In this document: in pieces, positions 52,476 through 62,383 of the stretch
How positions within the stretch are numbered: the first letter of the stretch is position 1
Layout of the letters: every line of letters starts with the position of its first letter
From: an uncultured Ruminococcus sp.
GTDB taxonomy: Bacteria; Bacillota; Clostridia; Oscillospirales; Acutalibacteraceae
NCBI GenBank assembly: GCA_902800065.1
Contig: CADCDE010000002.1
Location: 107,043-171,042, forward strand
Length of the DNA stretch: 64,000 nt
Reading direction: 5' to 3'
Translations under genes and position numbers: made by a program
Notes under the pieces: generated by a model
Databases searched by the model: none
Seen by the model: the letters and a program-made list of their open reading frames with translations, nothing else
Told to the model about the DNA's origin: nothing

Positions 52476-54164
52476 TCACTTTTCATTTTTATCAAGCCAC
52501 TTTGATGCTTTTTTAGCGACTTCTTTCAGAGCGTGTTCGTCAAAGGGAGATTCAAGACCGGCAGTTTCGACAAGTTCCGTGAAAGTCTGTGTGCCTGCTT
52601 TCTTAACGAATTTCATATACTTTTCCCAGGCATCCTTGTGACTGTCCTGCATTATAACCCAGAATTCAAGTGCAACTGTCTGTGCAAGGCAGTAGTCGAT
52701 ATAATAAAAGGGATTTTCGTATATATGGAGCTGTCTTTGCCAGCCCTTGCCCTCACCGTAGAAAGGAGAGCCGTCTAATTTTATCCAGGGCATATAGATA
52801 CCTGTAAGCTCCTTCCAGACATTGTGTCTTTGAATAGGTGTCATAAAGGGATTTTCATATATTATATGCTGAAAATGGTCAACCATAGTGCCGTATGGAA
52901 TAAAAGTTATTGCACCTGCAAGGTGACTGTAACGAAATTTTTTGGAGTCATTGCCGAAAAATTCATTACTGCATTTCCAGCCGAAAAATTCCATTGTCAT
53001 TGAGTGTACTTCACAGGCTTCAAGAGTAGGACTTTGGTTTTCCAATGGAACGATATTTCTTGCAATGTAAAAAGCAAAGGCATGACCTGCTTCATGTGTG
53101 ATTACTTCGACATCATCAGCCGTACCGTTGAAATTGGCGAAAATAAACGGTACTTTGAAATCCGAAAATTGAGTGCAGTAACCGCCTCCTGCTTTATTTT
53201 TCTTGCTGAGATAGTCTATCAGGTCATTTTCATACATCATGTCGATAAATTCGGCGGATTCCTTTGAGAGCTTGTGGTAGAGTTTTTTGCCTGTTTTCAG
53301 GATATCCTTTGGAGAGCCTTGTGGCTTGGGATTGCCGTCACGGAATTTGAGGGCGGCATCTGAAAATGTCAGAGGATATGGCAAATTTGTTCTTTCAGCC
53401 TGTTCACGATAGAGCCTTTCGGCAAGGGGAACAATGTATTTTACAACGGCTTTACGGAATTTTTCTATATCATGTTCATCATAACAGTTTCTGTTCATTT
53501 GAAGATAGCCGAGTTTCACAAAATTTTTATAGCCGAGTTTAAGGGCTTTCTGATGACGGAGATGTACAAGTTTGTCGAATATATCATCAAGTTCATCACC
53601 GTGACTGCTGTAAAATTCAGCTTCCGAGAGCCATGCGGAATGTCTTTGTCCATCATCGACAGACTGTTTATATGGCATAAGCTGAGAGATAGTTTTCTTA
53701 TCACCATCAAAATCTATCTGAGCCGAGGCAATGAGTTTTTGATAAGCCGTTTCAAGCTTGTTGGTTTCCTGAGTTTCGGGTATAATTTCGGGCGAAAAGG
53801 CTTTAAGGAATATTTCGGCATTTTTGAATAAGAGTTTGCCGTATTTTTTTTCGAGCTTGTGACGGAATGTGCTTTCAACGAGGAGTTTTGAAAAACTCTG
53901 CTGTATTTCCGTGAATTCGGGAGATATTTCATCAATGAATTCAACTTCCTTTTCATAGAATTCATCAGAAGTATCTATTGAGTGTCTTGTGTATGCAAGA
54001 CTCATCATTGTATCTACATGGGCAGTCATCTTGTCCCATTCAAGAAAAGCACAGTCAGCCTGTTCAAATGTTTCTGCATTCTGGAAGCGTTTTTTGATAT
54101 CTTCGGCATAAGTTCTTACTTTTTCAATATCAGGTCGTTCATATATCATATCTGCAAATTTCAT
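52476..54164 (-). CDS. pepF: M3-family oligoendopeptidase (PepF-like)
   Basis: HEAGHAF zinc motif and M3B-like length and layout. Confidence 0.85.
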   Translation of the reverse strand: MKFADMIYERPDIEKVRTYAEDIKKRFQNAETFEQADCAFLEWDKMTAHVDTMMSLAYTRHSIDTSDEFYEKEVEFIDEISPEFTEIQQSFSKLLVESTFRHKLEKKYGKLLFKNAEIFLKAFSPEIIPETQETNKLETAYQKLIASAQIDFDGDKKTISQLMPYKQSVDDGQRHSAWLSEAEFYSSHGDELDDIFDKLVHLRHQKALKLGYKNFVKLGYLQMNRNCYDEHDIEKFRKAVVKYIVPLAERLYREQAERTNLPYPLTFSDAALKFRDGNPKPQGSPKDILKTGKKLYHKLSKESAEFIDMMYENDLIDYLSKKNKAGGGYCTQFSDFKVPFIFANFNGTADDVEVITHEAGHAFAFYIARNIVPLENQSPTLEACEVHSMTMEFFGWKCSNEFFGNDSKKFRYSHLAGAITFIPYGTMVDHFQHIIYENPFMTPIQRHNVWKELTGIYMPWIKLDGSPFYGEGKGWQRQLHIYENPFYYIDYCLAQTVALEFWVIMQDSHKDAWEKYMKFVKKAGTQTFTELVETAGLESPFDEHALKEVAKKASKWLDKNEK

Positions 54165-54235
54165 TATAATTTCCTCCTTGGAATAAAATCAATTTAATTG
54201 TACAACACACAAAATAAAAAATCAATCGAAAATGT

Positions 54236-54271
54236 ATAAAAAATTCCCTGACAAATATTATTTGTCAGGGA
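54236..54271 (-). terminator. Terminator after BI-1 gene
   Basis: tccctgacaaat / atttgtcaggga perfect 12-bp stem, followed on the minus strand by AATTTTTT. Confidence 0.75.
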
Positions 54272-54294
54272 AAGCATGAATATCGGTGAATAAA

Positions 54295-55056
54295 TTATTT
54301 GTTTCTTGCAAAAAGACGAAGTATATAAAGGAAAAGGTTGATGAAATCGAGATAAAGCTCAAGAGCAATGTTGATGGATGCTTTTTTGAGCATCTCGCCG
54401 TCACCGCTGAAATACTGATAGCCTTTTTTGATTTTCTGAGTGTCATAAGCGGTAAAGCCTACAAAGATAACTATACCGAGAAGGCTTATTCCAAGGTCAA
54501 GTGCAGGCATACGGAAGAATATTCCCAACAATGCGAATATAATAAGAACAAAAAGACCGATAAGTAAAATGGGGCGGAGTTTTGTCAAATCACGCTTTGT
54601 AACAATGCCGTAGATCGAGAAAGCACCGAAAAGTAAAGCTGTTGCAGCGAATGCCCATATAGCCTTGTCAGCACCTGCAAAAATAAGTGATGGAGCCAAA
54701 TTTATACCGTTCAGGAAAGAATATACAAGAAAAAGTATCATACTTACATTTGACGGAAGTTTATAAATGAAAAATCCGAGAGCAATAACCATTACAAGTT
54801 CAAGAATAATACTTACGATATAAACGGGGAAAAACTGTACGAGCAACACAGGATTTGCATAAATCACACTTTGGATAACAAATGCAAGGACAAAAGTAAT
54901 TGCAAGACCTGCAGCCATCCAGCCGTAAACACGTCTGCTGAAATCTGCCAATGAAACGCCCGAAGCACTTCGGGTATTTACGCCATAGCCATTGTAACTG
55001 CCATAATTATCATAACCGTTATCATAGCTGTTGTTATTATAATCATTTCTGTTCAT
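54295..55056 (-). CDS. Bax inhibitor-1/YccA-family membrane protein
   Basis: Seven TMs, FTAYDTQKIKK and a C-terminal ALELYLDFINLFLYILRLF. The N-terminus is N/Y/G-rich. Confidence 0.85.
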   Translation of the reverse strand: MNRNDYNNNSYDNGYDNYGSYNGYGVNTRSASGVSLADFSRRVYGWMAAGLAITFVLAFVIQSVIYANPVLLVQFFPVYIVSIILELVMVIALGFFIYKLPSNVSMILFLVYSFLNGINLAPSLIFAGADKAIWAFAATALLFGAFSIYGIVTKRDLTKLRPILLIGLFVLIIFALLGIFFRMPALDLGISLLGIVIFVGFTAYDTQKIKKGYQYFSGDGEMLKKASINIALELYLDFINLFLYILRLFARNK

Positions 55057-55257
55057 AAAAGCCCTTCCTTCTGTGAAAATTAAAAGATACTTATATTATA
55101 TACCTTATCTGCCATTAATAATACATCAATTTTAAATCAAAGTCAACAGATATAAGACAGATTTTTTGCTTCAAAAAGTCGGAAAAATCCGACTTTTTGA
55201 AAGTTATTTTTAGATTATAATTATCGTAATAAAATGTTTTGAAATGGGTGGTATTTT

Positions 55258-55764
55258 ATGAAATGTTCATATCTGTCCAAAGGTGCAAGAATATTCTTGA
55301 TATTATTTACAGTGTTTTTTACAACAGGTTGTCTGTTTGAATTGTTGGTTGTGAAAGATATGCTGATATTATCGGGGCTTTTGTTTATACTGATAATATC
55401 GTTTACAGCTTTAATCCTTGATGTAAAAACTTTTATTTTTATAGATGAAAATGGAGTGACAATTTCAAAGCCGTTTCAGAAGAATATATTTTTTGAATGG
55501 AAAGATGTGAAATTTACTGCGAGATATTCTTTTAATGCAGGAAGAAGTGGTATATGGGGAATAATATTTTCACTTGGCATAAATGAATATGACATCAAAG
55601 ATAAATTCAAATACAGTGAACTTTCCATGAATACAGAAAAATCAGGTGAGCTTTATACAATTACAGGCTATTCGGAGAAGCTTTGGAAGGCTGTCGAAAA
55701 ATATGCTCCATATAGTAAGCTTGTGAAAAGAGAACTGAGATATGAAGATTTTTGGGGTGAATAA
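55258..55764 (+). CDS. Small membrane protein (two N-terminal TMs, PH-like soluble domain?), unknown function
   Basis: GGGTGG RBS and hydrophobic N-terminal segments. Confidence 0.45.
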   Translation: MKCSYLSKGARIFLILFTVFFTTGCLFELLVVKDMLILSGLLFILIISFTALILDVKTFIFIDENGVTISKPFQKNIFFEWKDVKFTARYSFNAGRSGIWGIIFSLGINEYDIKDKFKYSELSMNTEKSGELYTITGYSEKLWKAVEKYAPYSKLVKRELRYEDFWGE

Positions 55765-55827
55765 AAAATAAGATGTGTGTCAAAAATATTGCCTGTGGAA
55801 TATATTAAAAGCAGGAGGCGATATTTT

Positions 55828-57666
55828 TTGTGCGGAATAGCAGGTTGGTTTGATAAGAGAGTTAAATTTGAAGAACAGTCAAAAATTATAGATGATATGA
55901 GTAAGACTCTCGAAAGGCGTGGACCTGATGATGGGGGAGTATATATAAATTCACCTGTTTGTCTCATACACAGGCGATTGGCTGTCATAGATCCCGAAAA
56001 CGGCAGACAGCCTATGATTAAAAAACATAATAACAGGACTTGTTCGATAGCCTATAACGGAGAGTTATACAATACATCTGAGATAAGAGATGAGCTTATT
56101 TCAAACGGGTATGTATTTGATACAAAGACCGATACGGAAGTTGTGTTGGCATCATATATGTGTTGGGGAGATAAATGTGTTGAGAAATTAAACGGAATAT
56201 TTGCATTTGCCGTTTATGACGAGGAAAAAAGAACACTTTTTCTTGCCCGTGACAGGATAGGCGTGAAACCGTTGTTTTTCTATGAGTATGACAATGGATT
56301 GTTATTCGGCTCGGAAATAAAGGCACTTTTGGCAAATCCCATTGTAAAGCCTGTTGTAGATGAACAGGGCTTGATGGAATTATTCTTTGTATCACCCGGA
56401 AGAACTCTCGGACAGGGTATCTACAAAAATGTCAAGGAGCTTTTACCAGGAGAATGTGCCTTTTATGACGGAGATAGAATTTCCCGAAGAAGATATTTTA
56501 CGCTCAAGGCAAGGGAACATAATTCCGATATTAAACAGAGTATGAATGAAGTGCGGGAATTGTTGGTGGATGCCGTTGAAAGACAGTTGATATCAGATGT
56601 ACCGCTGTGTTGTTTTTTGTCTGGGGGACTGGATTCAAGCATAATTTCATATATAGCTTCGGAGTATAATAAAAGAAACGGTTTGAAGCCGATAGATACC
56701 TATTCTGTGGATTATGTCGATAATGCGAAGTATTTTCAGAAAAGTCTGTTTCAGCCGACACCTGACAGTGAATTTATCGGAATAATGGTCGATGCCATTT
56801 CATCGAATCATCATAATGTAGTGATAGATAATACGGATTTGTTTTATGCACTTGAAAAAGCCGTTGATGCAAGGGATTTTCCAGGAATGGTAGATGTTGA
56901 CAGTTCACTTTTGTTATTTTGCGGAAAAATAAAGGAAGATTTCACAGTTGGACTTTCGGGAGAATGTGCCGATGAATTATTCGGTGGATACCCTTGGTAT
57001 CATAATAAAGATATATTGTTTGAGGATTGTTTTCCTTGGTCGAGGTCGCTTGATATAAGAAGAAGTATATTGAAAAAGGGATTTTTGCCTAAAGGTGAAG
57101 CGTATGTCCGTGAAAAATATCTTGATACCTGCCGAAATACCGATAAATTGCCGACAGATTCAGAACTTGACTCACGAATGAGAGAAATGTTTTCACTGAA
57201 TTTTTATTGGTTCATGCAGACGCTTTTGGACAGAAAAGACAGGATGAGTATGTATAACGGTCTTGAGGTGAGAGTGCCGTTCTGTGATTACAGAATAGCG
57301 GAATATGCCTATAATTTGCCTTGGGATATAAAAGCACTTAATGGCAGGGAAAAAGGGATTGTCAGAGAAGCGTTCAGGGGATACCTGCCCGACAGTATCA
57401 TTGACAGAAAGAAAAGTCCATATCCCAAAACGCATAATCCTTTGTATTTTAAATTGTGTGCTGATAAAGTCACAGAAATATTATCGGATAAAAAATCTCC
57501 ATTATATGAAATTCTCGATAAAGACGGAGTACAGGCAATAATAGACTATCCTGATAAAATTTCATCTCCGTGGTACGGTCAGTTGATGAAAGCTCCTCAG
57601 ATACTTGCATATATAATACAGCTTCATTATTGGTTTGAGAAAAATAATGTTTTGATTGAGATTTAA
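55828..57666 (+). CDS. asnB: Asparagine synthase (glutamine-hydrolysing)
   Basis: TTG start 9 nt after AGGAGG places the catalytic Cys at position 2 (fM-CGIAGWF). SGGLDSS PP-loop. The ORF-track start at 55777 was rejected. Confidence 0.9.
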   Translation: MCGIAGWFDKRVKFEEQSKIIDDMSKTLERRGPDDGGVYINSPVCLIHRRLAVIDPENGRQPMIKKHNNRTCSIAYNGELYNTSEIRDELISNGYVFDTKTDTEVVLASYMCWGDKCVEKLNGIFAFAVYDEEKRTLFLARDRIGVKPLFFYEYDNGLLFGSEIKALLANPIVKPVVDEQGLMELFFVSPGRTLGQGIYKNVKELLPGECAFYDGDRISRRRYFTLKAREHNSDIKQSMNEVRELLVDAVERQLISDVPLCCFLSGGLDSSIISYIASEYNKRNGLKPIDTYSVDYVDNAKYFQKSLFQPTPDSEFIGIMVDAISSNHHNVVIDNTDLFYALEKAVDARDFPGMVDVDSSLLLFCGKIKEDFTVGLSGECADELFGGYPWYHNKDILFEDCFPWSRSLDIRRSILKKGFLPKGEAYVREKYLDTCRNTDKLPTDSELDSRMREMFSLNFYWFMQTLLDRKDRMSMYNGLEVRVPFCDYRIAEYAYNLPWDIKALNGREKGIVREAFRGYLPDSIIDRKKSPYPKTHNPLYFKLCADKVTEILSDKKSPLYEILDKDGVQAIIDYPDKISSPWYGQLMKAPQILAYIIQLHYWFEKNNVLIEI

Positions 57667-57670
57667 TATA

Positions 57671-57716
57671 AAAAAAGCACCGTTCTGCCGTGATGAATTG
57701 CAGAGCGGTGTTTGAT
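57671..57716. terminator. Bidirectional terminator between asnB and convergent PPIase gene
   Basis: caccgttctg / cagagcggtg stem flanked by an A6 run and T-rich sequence. Confidence 0.7.
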
Positions 57717-57719
57717 ATT

Positions 57720-58400
57720 TTATGTTCTTATTTTTATTGAATTGATGACAGGCTGTTTTTCTTTTTCGATAGTACCGTTGTTGTCTATGGGTTCGGCTTC
57801 CTCGCATATTTTATCCACTACTGACATACCGTCTGTGACATAGCCGAAACAAGCATACTGACCGTCAAGATGAGGAGATGTTTGATGTACGATGAAGAAC
57901 TGAGAGCTTGCACTGTCCATTGAATAAGAAGCCCTTGCCATTGATATAGCCCCTCTTGTATGCAGAAGTGGATTTTCAACGCCGTTTGCAGAAAATTCGC
58001 CCTTTATTGTATTTTCAGAGCCGCCGTTTCCTGTTCCTTCGGGATCTCCACCCTGCATCATAAAGTCCTTCATGATTCTGTGGAATGTCAGACCGTCATA
58101 GAAGCCCATGTTTGCAAGAGCAACGAAATTTGCACAGGTTATCGGGGCAGATTTCTGATCGAGCTTTACTATTATTTTGCCATAGTCTTTGATGTCGATG
58201 TCAGCGAAATAAACCGTATCAGGATCAAGCGGAGTGGGGTCATAAGTTTCTTTTTTTGGTGCTTCGGCTGAACTTTCGGTACTTGTTGCGGCAGTTGTTG
58301 ACGTTTGAGTGCTGCTGTCATTGCAGCCTGTCAAAACGGCTGATGTTAAAATTCCTGCAAGAACAGCTACTGCGAGAATTTTTACAAAACCTTTTTTCAT
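57720..58400 (-). CDS. Cyclophilin-type peptidyl-prolyl isomerase, lipoprotein
   Basis: Lipobox LTGC. FHRIMKDFMMQGGDP and SMARAS...SQFFI cyclophilin motifs. Confidence 0.9.
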   Translation of the reverse strand: MKKGFVKILAVAVLAGILTSAVLTGCNDSSTQTSTTAATSTESSAEAPKKETYDPTPLDPDTVYFADIDIKDYGKIIVKLDQKSAPITCANFVALANMGFYDGLTFHRIMKDFMMQGGDPEGTGNGGSENTIKGEFSANGVENPLLHTRGAISMARASYSMDSASSQFFIVHQTSPHLDGQYACFGYVTDGMSVVDKICEEAEPIDNNGTIEKEKQPVINSIKIRT

Positions 58401-58456
58401 TTTATCATATTCCTTTCAGAAAAAATATTTACCTGTATATAATACCACAAAATCTA

Positions 58457-58490
58457 AGGCTATGCAAATATTTTATTATTTGCATAGCCT
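58457..58490 (-). terminator. Hairpin downstream of vWA lipoprotein gene
   Basis: aggctatgcaaata / tatttgcatagcct perfect 14-bp stem. The T tract is modest. Confidence 0.5.
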
Positions 58491-58497
58491 GTAAATA

Positions 58498-60549
58498 TTA
58501 CGTTAAGAACAAAGGTTCATCAATAACTGCTTTTGTGATACCATTACCGTCAAGATAAACGATAGTACCTCCTCCGAGAACTTCGTTGACAAAGAAATAT
58601 ACTTTCCACATATCTGTTTCATCATCATAAAAAACTTCTACAACGTCATAAGGCTTATCTACTTCGGTTTTTGCCCTTGAAACAACGTCTGTCATATCAC
58701 CTTCAGCTGTATTGACAAAGCCGTCTGTTTTGGCATATTTCATATTTTCGTCATTGAAAGAGAACGTTCCTGTTTCGACATTTCCTGGTAAAGTCTTAAT
58801 TTTTGGCTGTTTTATGTAGCCTATATTGTATTTGTCAAGGTCGGATAATGTTATTTTGCCGTTTCGGAGTGCGGATTCGGCAGTTTCAGTTGAGTTGTCA
58901 GAGTATTTTACGATAACATATTTACTTTTGATACTTCCATAATAATATTCATTTTCATCATCTTCAAAGAATTTTTCAAGAGCTGCATCTGTTGATATTT
59001 GTTCTGTAACAGTTCTGTCGATTATTTCGGATACATTTATTTCCTGTGATGATTCAGAAGACTGTTCAGACGGTTCTGAGGGTGTTTTTATTTCGCCCTG
59101 CTTGTATTCGTTTATGGTACGGATGATTATATCATAGAGTTTTTCGACCTTGTATTCGCCGATGATAGGCTCAAGGTGAGATGAACCGATACCTGAATCG
59201 TCAGTCAGAAAGATGTATGTACCGCCTGTCATAATAGCCGCACATCTTCCGAAAAGTTCGGTATCCCTGTCACTGTTTGATGAAACAACGGGGATTATTC
59301 TTATACCCTTTTCAGCGGCTTTTTCAATGGCACTTTCAAGAATTTGCGATTTGTTGTCATGAGGAGGTGCGTCAAATATCATGAACATCAGCTTAACGCT
59401 TTCATCAGTCCAGCCGCCGTCATTAATGGTTTCATCAAGGATTTCTGCGACAGCTTCGGGTAAGTCACCGCCGCCCGAGGCATATTCACTGTTGAGTTTT
59501 TTGTTTATTTCCTCAATATTGCTTGAAAAAGGATAGCGTTTTGTAGTGTAATCATCATATTCATCACGGTAGAAATTTATGGAAAATCTTGTATTGTCAG
59601 TTCCTACTTCATTGGCGATAGCTGTAAATTCGCTTTGGAGGAATGAGAGTTCATCGCCCATTGAGCCTGTTGTATCAACGACAAACATGATTTCTGTTTT
59701 CTCGTAATTTTTGCTGTCACCCTCAAATATTACAGTGATATCATTGTTTTGAACTTTAATATTTGTCTGCTGGTCATTGGTGGATTTTTTGGGGGTAACG
59801 GATTGTTTTTGAGTTTGCCCCTGACTTTCCACTTCGATGCTTGATATTTGGTCGCCCTTGAAAAGATATGCAACACCGTTTTTGTCGGTAACGGCACTCC
59901 ATACAAGATTGCCTTTTTCGTAGAAGCCTCTGACAGCTGCATTGACAACGGGCAAAGAATCCTTTGTTTTTACGGTAACTGCAATACGATTTGTCGGATT
60001 AAGTCCGTACTGAGAGGGGATAGTTATTTTGTCATTGTTGACGAGATTTGTAAAGAAGCCCCAGTTATTGTTGTCATTCCATATACCTGCTGTAAGTAAT
60101 CCTGGTTGCGGTTGCTTATATTCATAGTCATAAAATTCATCATCAACTATGCCGTAAACATCTTCATAACCCGGTGCAGGGGCAGTGTCTGCTATTGTGG
60201 CAGGAGCTTCGGCTGCAGGGGCTTCAGCAGCAATGTCATAATCACCAGCGAAAGCGGTAATTCCGTCTGTTGCAGTTGTTGCAGCTTCTTTTTTTGCACC
60301 GTCAGCCACAGCACCAAAAAAAGCATCATATGTATCGGAAAAACTGTTACGCTCGTTTTCAGGTCTTTTTACAGCGTTGATTTTCGGCACCAATTCACCG
60401 TTGTTGTCTGCATTTGTCCAAGTGTCATCTTTGGATACATTTGATGGTTCTGTGGATACCGTGAAAAGTTCTCCGCTGTCGTTGCATCCTGCTGCTGTCA
60501 TTGTCATTATAAGAGCTGCCATTAAACATATAAATTTTTTAGATTTCAT
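58498..60549 (-). CDS. Lipoprotein with von Willebrand factor type A domain
   Basis: GGAGG RBS and lipobox TAAGC. MIDAS-like FVVDTTGSMGDEL. Start moved to MKSKKF. Confidence 0.7.
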   Translation of the reverse strand: MKSKKFICLMAALIMTMTAAGCNDSGELFTVSTEPSNVSKDDTWTNADNNGELVPKINAVKRPENERNSFSDTYDAFFGAVADGAKKEAATTATDGITAFAGDYDIAAEAPAAEAPATIADTAPAPGYEDVYGIVDDEFYDYEYKQPQPGLLTAGIWNDNNNWGFFTNLVNNDKITIPSQYGLNPTNRIAVTVKTKDSLPVVNAAVRGFYEKGNLVWSAVTDKNGVAYLFKGDQISSIEVESQGQTQKQSVTPKKSTNDQQTNIKVQNNDITVIFEGDSKNYEKTEIMFVVDTTGSMGDELSFLQSEFTAIANEVGTDNTRFSINFYRDEYDDYTTKRYPFSSNIEEINKKLNSEYASGGGDLPEAVAEILDETINDGGWTDESVKLMFMIFDAPPHDNKSQILESAIEKAAEKGIRIIPVVSSNSDRDTELFGRCAAIMTGGTYIFLTDDSGIGSSHLEPIIGEYKVEKLYDIIIRTINEYKQGEIKTPSEPSEQSSESSQEINVSEIIDRTVTEQISTDAALEKFFEDDENEYYYGSIKSKYVIVKYSDNSTETAESALRNGKITLSDLDKYNIGYIKQPKIKTLPGNVETGTFSFNDENMKYAKTDGFVNTAEGDMTDVVSRAKTEVDKPYDVVEVFYDDETDMWKVYFFVNEVLGGGTIVYLDGNGITKAVIDEPLFLT

Positions 60550-60679
60550 GTTGAAAACCTCCTTTTGACTATAAAGTACCGACACAAGATTATTTGTTAC
60601 ATGGATTTCTAAAAAAATTAAAAAAACTGTCCGAACTTTTTGAAAGTCCGAACAGTCTGGGATTTTTGTAAAGATAGGA

Positions 60680-61066
60680 TTATTTCTTTTTAAATATCTT
60701 TGAAAGGATAACAACGGCACCGACAGTGGCAGCAACAGCAACAGCAACCTTTGCTATTTTCTTTGCAGTTGAACAGCAGCAGCATTCCTCATCGTCATCA
60801 TCACATTCAAATTCTTCGTATTCTTCAAATTCGTCTGTTTCATCATCTGTTTCAGATTTTTCTTCAGCAGGAGCTTCCTCTTTAGGTTCTTCTGTTTTAG
60901 TTTCCTCTGTTTTTACTTCTTCTGCTTTTGTTTCTTCTGAGACAGGTTCTTCTGCTTTTACTTCTTCAACTTTTGCTTCTTCTGTTTTTGCTTCTTCAAT
61001 GGCAGGTGATGATACTTCAATGTTATCTGTAGCAGGGGTTGTTTTCTCATTATTTTTTTTGCTCAT
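60680..61066 (-). CDS. Tail-anchored E/K-rich repeat protein with CCCC motif
   Basis: GGAGAG RBS. (EE[AV]K[AT])n repeats, acidic DDETDEFEEYEEFECDDDDEE, CCCC, and one C-terminal TM plus KKK. Confidence 0.5.
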   Translation of the reverse strand: MSKKNNEKTTPATDNIEVSSPAIEEAKTEEAKVEEVKAEEPVSEETKAEEVKTEETKTEEPKEEAPAEEKSETDDETDEFEEYEEFECDDDDEECCCCSTAKKIAKVAVAVAATVGAVVILSKIFKKK

Positions 61067-61190
61067 AATATTAACTCTCCTTTTAATTTTTTACTGAAAT
61101 AAATAGAATTATAACATATAAATGTTACGAATATATTAATAAAATTGGATTTTATGACAAATTTAACAAATTGTCTAAAAAATGTTTTTT

Positions 61191-61703
61191 TCAGCAGCCG
61201 CATTTGTGTATATGACAGCCGTATTTCTCGAAGTCAGCGATATTTTTTTTGAGCAGCTCCGAGAAATTCAATATAATAGTGTTTTCTGAATTTACAAATC
61301 CGTATTTTTTGAAAAGACCGATACCATGCCCGTCAGTGTTGAGAAGAATTTCAGAAACACCGTTTTCCTTGGCTTCGTCAATGAGCATATAGAGCATGGT
61401 TGAAGCTATGCCTTGCTTACGGAAGTCTTTTTTTGTATAGAGATTCATAAGATAACAGCGTTTATTGGTCTGGCACGAGGATGTTGGAAGGGCATTGAAA
61501 TAGCACATGGTTGCACAGCCGATAATATTTTCATCATTATAAGCAAGCATTGTTGAATGATTTGCTGTTTTGAAAAAATCCTCTGTGCTTTTGATGAAGG
61601 ATTCAGTGAAGCTGTAGTTATTATCTGATTCTCCGAGCATTTCCATACGGATATTTAGCATATCCTGTAAATTTTGTTCATTGGCTTTGAATATCTTTAT
61701 CAT
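61191..61703 (-). CDS. GNAT-family N-acetyltransferase
   Basis: YLMNLYTKKDFRKQGIASTML acetyl-CoA motif. Confidence 0.75.
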   Translation of the reverse strand: MIKIFKANEQNLQDMLNIRMEMLGESDNNYSFTESFIKSTEDFFKTANHSTMLAYNDENIIGCATMCYFNALPTSSCQTNKRCYLMNLYTKKDFRKQGIASTMLYMLIDEAKENGVSEILLNTDGHGIGLFKKYGFVNSENTIILNFSELLKKNIADFEKYGCHIHKCGC

Positions 61704-61721
61704 AGAATATGTTCCTCATTT

Positions 61722-62366
61722 TCAGGCATTTTTGATAGCTGCAACGGCAGCAGCAGTATCCTGTGCCTTAAATACTCCTGTTCCGGATACGCAGACATCA
61801 ACACCGGCTTTTGAAGCTGTCGGGGCGGTTTTTTCGGATATTCCGCCGTCGACCTCGATAAGAACATTCAGATTTCTTCTTGCACATTCTTTTTTAATAG
61901 CTGTTACCTTTGGCATCATGTCAGCCATGAATGACTGTCCGCCGAAGCCGGGTTCAACTGTCATGACAAGTATCATATAGACCTTGTCGAGATAGGGAAA
62001 GACATCCTCGGCAGGAGTGTTTGGTTTTATGACAAGACCGGGTTTTATATTTCTTGATTTTATTTTGTCGATGGTCATAAGGATATCAGACATTGATTCA
62101 ATATGGAAGGTTATGATATCTGCTCCTGCATCTGCAAAGGCATCTATGTAGTCCAAAGGATAGTCTATCATAAGATGTACGTCAAACGGTAGCTTTGTGT
62201 ATGGTCTGACAGCCGATACAATAGCCGGACCGATGGTGAGATTGGGTACAAAGTGTCCGTCCATGACATCAAGATGTATCCAGTCAGCTCCTGCTCTGTC
62301 AACTTTTTTAATTTCCTCTCCCATGTTTGCAAAATCGCAGGAAAGAAGTGATGGTGCAACTTTCAT
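61722..62366 (-). CDS. rpe: Ribulose-phosphate 3-epimerase
   Basis: APSLLSCDF, HLDVMDGHFVPN, MTVEPGFGGQ, VDGGI. Confidence 0.93.
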   Translation of the reverse strand: MKVAPSLLSCDFANMGEEIKKVDRAGADWIHLDVMDGHFVPNLTIGPAIVSAVRPYTKLPFDVHLMIDYPLDYIDAFADAGADIITFHIESMSDILMTIDKIKSRNIKPGLVIKPNTPAEDVFPYLDKVYMILVMTVEPGFGGQSFMADMMPKVTAIKKECARRNLNVLIEVDGGISEKTAPTASKAGVDVCVSGTGVFKAQDTAAAVAAIKNA

Positions 62367-62383
62367 TTTTTTATCCCTTTTCT

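Noticed and set aside
55172-55199. A perfect A-tract/hairpin/T-tract (caaaaagtcgg aaaaat ccgactttttg) resembling a bidirectional terminator.
   Set aside because: It lies between divergently transcribed genes (the BI-1 gene and the 55258 ORF). No upstream transcript would need terminating, so its function is unclear and I did not call it a terminator.
58498-60747. Long N-terminal extensions proposed by the ORF track, for example 66 extra codons on the vWA lipoprotein. The same applies to typA, ribU, rplS, hom, the PBP, asnB and others.
   Set aside because: Internal starts are preceded by good Shine-Dalgarno sequences and give canonical N-termini: signal peptides, G-motifs, or Cys2 in AsnB. 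The extensions lack an RBS.
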